From assembly GCF_004010195.1 (NCBI RefSeq), contig NC_057743.1, positions 18,699,759 through 18,763,758 on the forward strand: a DNA stretch of 64,000 nucleotides. The letters are read 5' to 3'. The DNA comes from Chiloscyllium plagiosum. Lineage: Eukaryota. The position numbers and the translations under genes are program-made. Below the pieces are notes generated by a model. The model did no database searches. It had not been told where the DNA came from and was given only the letters and a program-made list of their open reading frames with translations. The first letter of the stretch is position 1. Each line of letters opens with the position of its first letter. Shown here one piece after another: positions 50,940 to 61,169 of this stretch.

Positions 50940-52420
50940 TCTATAAAGATACCTTTCCTCTGGAGTATTGTGTGCTGTTCTGGTCACCACACTACAGCAA
51001 TGACGTTGAGCCCTTGAAGAGGTGCAAAAAATAGGTTTACCAGAATATTGCCTGGATTGAAATGTATTAGTTACAAGGAAAGGTTGGACTAACTTGGGTT
51101 GCTTTCACTAGAGTGGAGACCAAGGGGGTAACTGATAGAAGGATATAAAATTTATGAGAGGCATTGATAGGGTGGATAGTTGGGAGTCTTTTTTCCCTAG
51201 GATGGAAATATTAGATTCTAGGGGGCATGGGTTTAAGGTGAGAGGGAAGAAGTTTAAAGGGAACGTGTGAGGTAAGGTTTTTTTTAAAAACGCAAATGAT
51301 AGTAGGTTCCTAGAACGCACTACCAGGGGAGGTGGTAGAAGCAGAGATTATAGACGCACACAAGCAAGCTGGGATTAGAGGGATATGGACCACATGCAGG
51401 CGGCTGGGATTAGTTTTGAATGGCATCATGGTGGACTGAAGGGTTTCTGCTGTACTGCCCTACGTTCTTCCCAGTCTTTCACCCTTTCAACAGAGTATTC
51501 ATAAGGTGATAAAGATTCATTGCTTAATTTTGAAACTTCGAACATCCCATTAATACTAAAAAGTACGTAGGAGGAATTAAATACCATCCCTATCACTGGA
51601 GAAAAAGTATTAGACAAACAATTGGGGCTAAAGACAGTTAAGTTCCCTTGCCCTGGAGTCTTGCATCCTAAAATGCGTAGCTACAGAGATAGTGAATGCA
51701 TCGGTTGTAATTTTCCAAAACTCCTTGGATTCTGGAGAAGTACTAGAGGATTGGAAAACTGCTAATGTAAATCCCCTATTCAAAAAGGGAAGAGGGCAAG
51801 AAGCAGATAACTCCAGGACAATTAGTCTCTCATCTGTTGTTGGAAAAGTATTGCAATCAATTCTTAAAGGAAGTAATAGCAGAACATTATGAAAATTATA
51901 ATCTAATCAGGTAGAGTCAACATGGCTTCATGAAAGGGAAATTGTGCCTGACTAATATATTAGAGATTTTCGAGCAAGTCTCAACCAGAATGGATAGAAG
52001 GGAACCAGCAAAGGTGTTGTGTTTGGACTTCTACAATGCATTCGACAAACTGTCTTGCAAAATGCTGGAGGTAATGTATTGGCATGGACAGAGTATTGGT
52101 TAATGGGTAGGAAAAAGGTAAAAACAATGACTGCAGATGCTGGAAACCAGATTCTGGATTAGTGGTGCTGGAAAAGCACAGCAGTTCAGGCAGCATCCGA
52201 GGAGCAGTAAAATCAACGTTTTGAGCAAAAGCCCTTCATCAGGAATACAGCAATAATGGGTAGGAAACAAAGAGTGGGAATAAGGGGATATTTTTCAGAT
52301 TGGTGATCTGTAACAAGTGGGGTTCCACAAGGATAATTGCTGGGATTACAATGGTTTATCATATATAGTAATGACTTGAAGTAAGGAAGTGAATGTATTG
52401 TTGCCAAACATTTGTCGAAC
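50940..52420 (+). mobile_element. Two adjacent degenerate CR1 fragments with a nested Penelope-tail element at ~52120-52250
   Basis: EDWKTANVNPLFKKG in ORF 51692..51892; CR1 3' end at ~50940-51470. Confidence 0.8.
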
Positions 52421-52876
52421 AAAAGAAAAGTATTATTATTGAACAGTGGAGCTGGCTCAAGTATTTTCCAAGCCATACTTGCTGTTACATTTCAGTCACA
52501 CACTTGGGTCAACTAGATTATAAATATCCACATTGATAACTAACTGTCAATATCTATTTCTCATACTTTAACAACTGCCTTCCCCCTACTGTGGCTGTGT
52601 AGTAACTTGGTTTTGCAGTTGCAAGATCACCAGCCTGTTGTGTCAAGAAATTTGTATGTCCCAACTGCTTACAATATTCCCATAATATTTGCTACTTATT
52701 AAGTTACAATAAAACTTCAACCATTGTTCCTTCACCTTCTATCCAGGCTTCACCTGCCTTTGTCTCATCTCCCCACATGAAATACAATGGGAGATTGCCC
52801 AGTTACACGCACGTTAGATCAAAACAAAAATTTCCTAACTTCAGAGCTACGGTGATGAAGAGTGTCTCAAACTCAC

Positions 52877-52933
52877 CTGAAGCTTCTTCTGATGAAATTC
52901 ATCCACGTCATCGTTAAAATATTCCGAAGAATT
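52877..52933 (-). CDS. UTP3: UTP3 coding exon 3 (NSSEYFNDDVDEFHQKKLQ)
   Basis: YxxDxVDxFH motif of Sas10/Utp3 N-terminus; CAG/GTGAGT sites. Confidence 0.88.
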
Positions 52934-53514
52934 CTGCAAGGGGACAAGAAGAAAAGAATATTTTCTTGTCAAACAAATGCTCCAGGCCCACATTCCACTT
53001 CATTGTCACCGCAGCACATATCAATCCTGACCTGTCCTTAATGCAGCAGCCAGTTAGCGGATACCACAGTGTTGACCATGGCAAATTCAAAGGTGGCTGA
53101 TAATTTGGAATATTATTGCAGCAATACATATTATATAAACAGACACACGAGGAATCTTAATTATTGAACTTATTCAAGTCATTAAGTTATCTTCTGTCTT
53201 CCCATTTCCACAGTGTTATTGAAGAGAAGTTTGTTTTGTTCACAGAATCACATTTTTTAAACTGAAAATTCAGAAAAATTACAACTTGTGAGCATTGATA
53301 CACATGTAGATGTGTTTTATGACTAAATCTCAAGCAATTTTACAGCATCCGTGGAGTGAGAGATCATTTCATTCTTCAATTACACTTAAAACAGAATAAA
53401 ACATGAGAAACATAGGACAGAGATGACTTAAAGTTTTACCACTGGTGTTATCAAAGAGAGTTCTAAAAAATGTCAGACATAGAACCAAATATTTCAGGTG
53501 ACCTATGGCTGGTG

Positions 53515-53850
53515 GAGACACTCAGATGACAAGCAACATGAATTCGACTGGGACAACACTACTATTATAGGACAAGCCAAACAGAGAACAGCCAGGGAAT
53601 TCCTAGAGGCATGGCACTCATCCACAGATTCAATCAATAAGCACATCGACCTGGACCCAATATACCGACCACTGCAACGGACAGCTAGAACTGACAACCG
53701 GAAGTGGCAGATACAAATCACTACAAATGCCGGAGGAAACATCACAGAAGCGCTTCACAGGAGGCTCCCAAGCACTGAGGATGTCACCTAGACAGGGGAC
53801 GAAACATCTGCAACACAAATTCCCAGCTCGGCGAACAGAACCACAACATC
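53515..53850 (+). mobile_element. Penelope-like 3' fragment (GIY-YIG C-terminus plus hammerhead-like motif at ~53772-53811)
   Basis: HEFDWDNTTIIGQAKQRTAREFLEAWHS...SINKHIDLDPIY in ORF 53498..53791. Confidence 0.88.
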
Positions 53851-53909
53851 AAAATAGGACCATGTACACCCAGGGGGAGGAAGTGACGACTGCCCATGCT
53901 GGAGACTAG

Positions 53910-54250
53910 AGTCAAGAGTGTGGTGCTAGAAAAGCACACCGATCAGGCTGCATCCGAGGAGCAGGAGAATCGATGTTTTGGGCATAAGCCCTTCATCAGG
54001 AATGAGGCTTGTGGGCTGGGGCTGAGAGATAAATGGTAGGGGTTGGAGTTGGGGGGAGGTAGCTGGGAAAGCAATAGGTGGGTGAAGGTGATAGGTCAGA
54101 GGGGGCAGTGACGGACGGGTCCGGAGGGCAGTGCCAAGTTGGAGGCTTGGGATTGAGATAATGTGGGCGGAGGGTAAATGAGCAGGCTGCTGAAATCCAC
54201 ATTTATCCCATGTGATTACAGGGTCCCAAGGTGGAATATGAGGTGTTTGG
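53910..54250 (-). mobile_element. Penelope-like 3' fragment, family of 1-205
   Basis: rc CATTCCTGATGAAGGGCTTATGCCC...GATGCAGCCTGATC...CTTTTCTAGCACCACAC. Confidence 0.8.
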
Positions 54251-55159
54251 GGAGCACCATCTTATTCTACAACTGAACTTATATAGCACCATTAATTTAG
54301 TTAAGTATCCAAAGGTACTTCAAAAGAACTGTGATCATTGGGAGGCTGACAGTGTATTACACAACAGGAGATGAAAAAACGTGTGGTCAAAGATGTCGAT
54401 TTTAAGGAGTGCCTGACAAGTAGGCAAACAAGATAGTGACAGAGGAGTTTAGGGAGGAAAACTCCAGACCTGACAACATATGTAGCCGAAACACCATTGT
54501 CTTGGAGGGATTAAAATTAGGGCTGCTGATTGGATCAGAATTGGAGGATTGCAAACATTTGAAGGTTGAATGGCTGAAGGAGATTCCAGAAATAGGAAGG
54601 AGTAAGGCTATGGAGGAATTTGAAAACAAGAATGAGCATTTTAAAATTGAAGCAGTGCCTGATTAGGATGCAATGTAGGACTACAAATACAGGGGTGATG
54701 GATGAAGGTGGACGTAACCAGCAATTTTCAATGCCTCGTGTTTACAGGATAGAATAAAGGAGGTCAAGCATAACCGTAACAAAATAATCACGTCCATAAA
54801 TAACAAGGATTTTGAGGAGTATTACAGCAGAAAATGAACTGAAAGCAGTCAGGCATTTTGGAACGTGGGAATAGGCAATGCATATGAAAGAATTGTTCAT
54901 CGCTCTTCTCTGCTTTCTATCCCTTAACCAATTTTGCACCCACACTAATTGTCCCTTTAAATCACAGAAACTTTAATTTTGTTAATATGTCTGTTATGTG
55001 GCAGTAAAGTACTTTTTAAAAATTCTATATATATATATAGCAACTGTATTCTTATGAAGTCTTTGTTCCATCTACATAGTAAGTCAAATTAATGTACAAT
55101 CCTAAAATGTATGTCCTCTGCAAGGCAATTAGGAACCAGGTTCACCCTTTAATACTCAC

Positions 55160-55247
55160 AGCATCTGGATTTGGTAATTTGCTGTATGTCTGAGAGTCAT
55201 AAATATCATCATCCACCTGCTGTTTGAGCTTCAGCCTACTGGACCTG
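55160..55247 (-). CDS. UTP3: UTP3 coding exon 2 (RSSRLKLKQQVDDDIYDSQTYSKLPNPDA)
   Basis: TTTGCAG acceptor, GTGAGT donor, open frame, phases fit neighbouring exons. Confidence 0.7.
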
Positions 55248-56043
55248 CTGCAAAGGTAGACAATTTGAAAGTAAGGTCACCCATGTTAACTGTTCCTCTC
55301 TCTATAAATGCTGCTAGAACTGCTATTTCCAACATTTACTGTTTTAACTGTAAATTCACGAATACAAACCATTGCACAAAACTCCCACCCATTCAGTTTA
55401 AAACATAGTCCAATTTAGATTTTTCTGTCTTATATAGCCTTGTAATTTTTTTCTGGTTATTTGCAGACTAAGCAGTAAGGAACCAGTAAAAGTGTGTAAC
55501 AAAATAAAGCCTTATCTAGTCTTAGTATCAGGTGAGGAAGTTCATGTGGTGGGACCCAAGCCATTGGAAACAAAGCTGACCACCTAAAACTATTGGTGGA
55601 CAGAGGAATTTCAATCTAAGCTACAAAAACAGAAATGGCCAGAAAAGCTGAGCTCATTGTAAACCCATTGTTGGCCACTAATAGTCCCCATTAGTAACTA
55701 TTCACCCTTTGTCCAACTGTTCTTCTCTCCTTTGGGCTCTTTCTCCACCTCTCAATTAGTCCTTACCACTCCGCCCACCCTATTCCACATATAAAATCTA
55801 AATTTTCCCTAGCCACCATCGGTTCTGCAAGTCACTGGGTCTGAAACATTAACTCTGATTTCTCTCGATGTGCAGATGCCAGTGTTGTACTGGGGTGGAC
55901 AAAGTCACACAACACCAGGTTATAGTTCAGCAGTTTTATATAAAATCACAAGCTATCAGAGAAGTATTCCTTCATCAGTACTTCACCTGACAAAGGTAAA
56001 AAATCTCAACACCAGGTTATAATCCAACAGGTTTATTTGGAAG

Positions 56044-56078
56044 CACTAGCTTTCAGAGCACTGCTCCTTCATCAGGTG
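56044..56078 (-). ncRNA. Minimal type-I hammerhead ribozyme motif, sense to UTP3 intron 1
   Basis: CAC-CUGAUGA-A-GGAGC(AGU)GCUCU-GAAA-GCUA-GUG. Confidence 0.62.
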
Positions 56079-56852
56079 GTTGTGAAGTGTAAGATCATAC
56101 AACACAGAAATTATAACAAAAGATTACAGTGTGGTGCCACAGAAATGAAATTGAAAAAACATGGATTGTTTGTTAAGTCTTCCATCTATTAGAATGACCA
56201 CATTAGTCTCGGTTATTTCAAATGTAAATCCTAGTGGTTCTTTTATATGTAAAGTTAGCTTTAACAATAGGTGCCATCTCAGCTCAGATATTCCCACTTT
56301 AGAAACAAAATCACTCTGAACATTGGGAAACAGACAGACTTTAACCTCACACCTTCAATGCAGTATTTGAGCTGAGATGATCTATTGTTAAAGCTATCTT
56401 GAGAACGCAACTTTAAAAAAAGTTATGGAATTTACATATGAAAGAACAAAAACTAACATGGTCATTCCTGATGAAGGGTTTATGCCCGAAATATTGATTC
56501 GCCTGCTCCTTGGATGCTGCCTGACCCGCTGTGCTTTTCCAGCTCCACACTGTCGACTATAACCTATTGAGTGATTTTAACTTTGTCAGGATTTGGAGGT
56601 GCCAGTTGAGCTGGGGTGGACAAAGGGGCAGCGCTCCAAAAGCTTATGATTTTAAATAAACCTGTTGGACTATAACTTGGTGTCAGAAGATTTCTGACTG
56701 ATTTCTTTCCACAGATGCTGCAAGACCTGCTAAACTTTTCCACCTATTTCGGGTTTTGTTTATGATTTCCAGCATTCGCAGTTTCTTTCGGTCTTTTTTA
56801 TTCAATCTAAGCTAGATGGCTACGAATCCAGGCTCTGAGAAAGAAAGAGAAT

Positions 56853-57310
56853 GCTGCTGTGGTTCTGTTCGCCGAGCTGGAAGTTTTTGTTGCAAACGTT
56901 TCGTCCCCTGTCTAGGTGACATCCTCGACACAACCAGCTATCCCTAGTAGCCACACACGCAGACGACAAGCAACATGAATTTGACTGGGACAACACTACC
57001 ATTATAGGGCAAGCGAAACAAAGAACAGCCTGGGAATTCCTAGAAGCATGGCACTCATCCACAAACACATAGACCTGGACCTGGACCCAATATACCACAG
57101 CGGACAGCTGGAACTGACAACCGGAAGCAGCAGATTCAAACCACTACAAATGCCGGAGGAAACACCACAGAAGCGCTTCACAGGAGGCTCCCAAGCACTG
57201 ATGATGTCACCTAGACAGGGGACGAAACGTTTGCAACAAAAACTTCCAGCTCGGCGAACAGAACCACAACAACGAGCACCCGAGCTACAAATCTTCGCAC
57301 AAACTTTGAA
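56853..57310 (+). mobile_element. Fold-back Penelope-like element with 13-bp TSD in UTP3 intron 1
   Basis: 56857-56925 inverts 57200-57270; TSD AAAGAAAGAGAAT at 56840-56852 and 57311-57323; same family as 53515-53850. Confidence 0.9.
57195..57234 (+). ncRNA. Minimal type-I hammerhead ribozyme motif, intact core
   Basis: GCA-CUGAUGA-U-GUCACCU(AGAC)AGGGGAC-GAAA-CGUU-UGC: stem I GCA/UGC, palindromic ACGU. Confidence 0.72.
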
Positions 57311-57525
57311 AAAGAAAGAGAATATTCTTTCTTTATCCGTTTACAGCTGAATACAGCGACTCGGATTGAGCATCAGGCCAGAGGGAAAACGGGAAACTCA
57401 AACTCCCTTCCCTTCCTTTTCCCCCAATTTTTTTTTAACCCAACTCTCGACCTTTCTTCGTTCCCTCGAAACACCTCCTGCCCACTTGCAGTGCCCTCTC
57501 CCCGTGTCAGCAACTACTTTCTTAC

Positions 57526-57539
57526 CGGAGGCTCCTCAT
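57526..57539 (-). CDS. UTP3: UTP3/SAS10 coding exon 1 (MRSLR)
   Basis: ACCATG context then CG|GTAAG donor, phase 2 fits exon 2; near CpG/ETS-rich promoter; very short, so less certain. Confidence 0.6.
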
Positions 57540-58120
57540 GGTCTCCCACAGCAACTGGTCCTACCCTTTAATGTCCCGGACACAACAAGGGTGAAATGTA
57601 ACCGTTCCCCCCTCCATGCGAGGGTCGCGAAAAGCGAAATGCTTAAAATATCGATTTAGTTTTGCCTGGATGCTGCTTTACATGTCGAATGTTCCCTCTG
57701 CCGCCTGGTTTTCGTTTCAGATTTAAAGCACACTCAACATTTTGGTTTGTTACTTCTCTCTTACCCGGAACCTTTCCGTCACCGGACAATTTCCGGTATG
57801 CGGTGGCCTATTCCATTGTAACTGAAAGGGGGAGAGTTTGTTCACCTACACTGTATTTGAGATAGTGTTACTTGACTCCTTTAATATTAGAAGTAAAATT
57901 AATTTTAAATAAATATGCATTAAATATATTACGATTAAGATTGTGAAGTTGTGACTCTGTTTCCGTGATGACAAGATCTTTGGCTGTAGTTCTCCCCTTG
58001 ACGCGAGTAAGTGGACGGTGTTGGCTGCCTGGTAACAGAGGGAGCCGCCGAGGCTCAGTTGTTGTTGTTTTGTAGACAATGTGCAGATTATGTCAGTACA
58101 GAATTAGAGGCGGTGATTAC
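57540..58120. promoter_or_regulatory. UTP3 promoter region, possibly bidirectional
   Basis: Raised CpG content; ETS-like CCGGAA (57765) and TTCCGG (57791); X-box-like GCTGCCTGGTAAC at 58024-58036. Confidence 0.55.
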
Positions 58121-59910
58121 ACCGCACACACCAGCATCGCACCCCAGACGGGGAATTCCCTTCCTTACTTTGTTTGGAAGCTGTGTTGTTAAACTGCTCA
58201 CACACATGCTGCAGATTCTTACTCCTCAAACTCTGCAGCCTGCGCTTGGGCTTCAGGAGAAAAAGAATTGGGGATGCTGGAAATCTGAACCAAAAACAGA
58301 AATTGCTGGGGATCTGACTCGAAAGCAGAGAAAGAGAGAAAAAAAAAACAGGATCTCAGCAGGTGGAGAGAAATCGGAGTTAACGTTTTCGATCGAGTGA
58401 CCCTTCTTCAGAAACCTTGGTAAATTAAGTAGTTCGACGGCCCACCGGGAACTGAGTACATCTTCCATCCTGGTGACAGCAGCAGAAAGGACAGTGTACA
58501 ATGAGTCCGAGTCACGGTCTGAGAGGAGGAGGAGCTCGCTGAGATTTATGTTTGCAGAGTGGGAGATGGAGAGCAATGGTGAGGTAAAGATTAAAATGTA
58601 ATTTTCCCTCCTGACGGTGCCCAGGTCACTAGATCTCAAAGATTCCTGGATTCCTGAGTGGCCGGGCTGCTGATATGGAGGTGTGTTGGGAGACCGTTTG
58701 ACGGTTTCAAGACCAACTATATCCAATCCAATCCTGACCCAATATTTATACCTTAACTCCATTTGAGCCCCAAAGCACGAGTTGATAGTAAAAATTATAG
58801 ATCAGATTTTTGATTATTTCTTCCTTACTAAGCCGTATTGAGACCTCTCGCATCCCCCTTCTGCAACTAAACCCTCGGCACCTGGTCAGAAGGGCTCTTA
58901 AATTTTAGACATAATTTTCATTTCTGTTAAACTCTGAATTTCATGGGAACTGTTGCATTTTCCTTGCTGAGTTAAATATCTCAGTGCTCAGTGGACGAAA
59001 ATCAAATTCAGCTGTGGTGCCGTAATTCTTCATGTCTTTCAGCATGTTTTCACATCATGCAGATTCACGCTCCTTATTTAAGCTTTGATAGATCTTATCA
59101 CATAAAGTGCTGTGTAAAACTTCATAACAATCTCACTTATGCTAAATGCTGGAATGCGTTATTGTCAAATCAATGATGGAAGAGTAAAAACGTCTGTATC
59201 ATTCGTTTATATTCTGAAGCGCAGTGTGACGAATTTTGATAAACGAACCCATATATCACATTTGAAATGTTAACTATGTTTGTCATTTCACAGATGCTGC
59301 TTCAGAATTTTAACTTTTTAATTTATAAAATGTATTTTCAGCTTATAAAGTCCTGTTTGTTTGGAGCAAGTTAGATACGTTTAGGGTAAAGTATAGATAG
59401 TTACAATTACTGTTCGTTTGGTTAGCCACCTTTTAATTTTAGAAGTATTCTAACTTAAAGATAACCAGCAGCAAAGTTATAGTGCTAATCAAGATAAAAG
59501 TTAGTTCATAGCAAAACTATTGATAAAATTTCCTAAGAGCAATACAACAATTAGCTATAATACAAATACAAAGATTAAAAGTTGGTGCATTTTAACAAAA
59601 AAAACTTATAAACATGAAAGTGACATTAATCTGTTAACATTGCTGGCACAGCTTATATGTAGATACTGTTAAGGGCTTGGATGGAGAGGAATTTGTTAAA
59701 GTTGTACAAGAAAATTTTCTGATTCAATATAGAGAAGGAGCAAAACTTGACCTTCCATTCGGAAATAAAGCAGAGCAAATGACTGAAGTAGGAGAAAGTG
59801 AGGACTGCAGATGCTGGAGATCAGAGTCAAAAAGTATGATGCTATAAAAGCACAGCTGGTCAGGCAGCATCCAAGGAGTAAGAGAGTCAACGTTTCGAGT
59901 ATAAGCTCTT

Positions 59911-60742
59911 AGTCATAGAGACATAGAGATGTACAGCATGGAAACTGACCCTTCGGTTCAACCCATCCATGCCGATCAGATATCCCAACCCAATCTAGTC
60001 CCACCTGCCAGCACCCGGCCCATATCCCTCCAAACCCTTCCTATTCATATACCCATCCAAATGCCTCTTAAATGTTGCAAGTGTACCAGCCTCCACCACT
60101 TCCTCTGGCAGCTCATTCCATACACCACCCTCTGTATGAAAAAGTTGCCGTGTAGGTCTCTTTTATATCTTTCCCCTCTCACTCTAAACCTATGCCCTCT
60201 AGTTCTGGACTCACCCACCCCGGGGAAAAGACCTTGTCTATTTATCCTATCTATGCTCCTCATGATTTTGTAAACCTCAATAAGGTCACCCCTCAGCCTC
60301 CGACACTCCAGGGAAAACAGCCCCAGCCTGTTCAGCCTCTCCCTATAGCTCAAATCCTCCAACCCTGGCAACATCCTTGTAAACCTTTTCTGAACCCTTT
60401 CAAGTTTCACAACACCTTTCCGATAGGAAGGAGACCAGAATTGTACACAATATTCCAACAGAGGCCTAACCTGTACAGCCGCAACATGACCTCCCAAATC
60501 CTGTACTCAATACTCTGACCAATAAAAGCATACCAAACGTTCTTCTTCACTATCCTATCTACCTGCGACTCCACTTTCAAGGAGCTATGAACCTGCACTC
60601 CAAGGTGTCTTTGTTCAGCAACACTCCCTAGGACCTTACCATTAAGTGTATAAGTCATGCTAAGATTTGCTTTCCAAAAATACAGCACCTCACATTTATC
60701 TGAATTAAACTGCATCTGCCACTTCTCAGCCCATTGGCCCAT
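59911..60742 (-). mobile_element. Young CR1/HER1 LINE 3' fragment nested in a fold-back element that is itself in an older CR1
   Basis: RPLLEYCVQFWSP...RRLRGDLIEVYKIM in ORF 60045..60497. Confidence 0.92.
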
Positions 60743-61169
60743 CCTCTTCCTCAGGAATGTTCCTGACGACATTCCTGATGAACAGCTTATGCTTGAAACG
60801 TTGACCCTCCTGCTCGTCAGATGCTGCCTGACTGGCTGTGCTTTTCTCAGTGTTAGTCAGGGAGCACTTTGGGGCAAGCGATCATGAGTTTTAAAATAGT
60901 TATGAAAGAGGATAGACGTTATCTAAAAGTTAAAATTCTAAATTGGACTAAGGTTAATATGTATGTTATTAAGCAAGAACTCTCAAAAGTTGTTTGGGGG
61001 AGGCTGTTAGCAGGTAAGGGGAGGGTTGGTAAGTGAAGGACCTTCAAAAATGAGATAACAAGAGTTCAGAGACTGTACGTTCCTGTTCATGTGATGGGCA
61101 AGTCTGTTAAGTGTAAGGAATGCTGGATGAGTAGAATCATTGAGGCTCCGATCAAGAAAAAGAAGGAGA

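Noticed and set aside
32658-57525. Possible intronic snoRNAs in UTP3, a ribosome-biogenesis gene
   Set aside because: No convincing C/D box pair with terminal stem or H/ACA fold found by eye; most TGATGA hits are hammerhead cores. A snoscan or Infernal search would settle it
58253-58762. 169-aa minus-strand ORF upstream of UTP3
   Set aside because: Runs into a Penelope-tail repeat, has a non-ATG start and shows no recognisable homology
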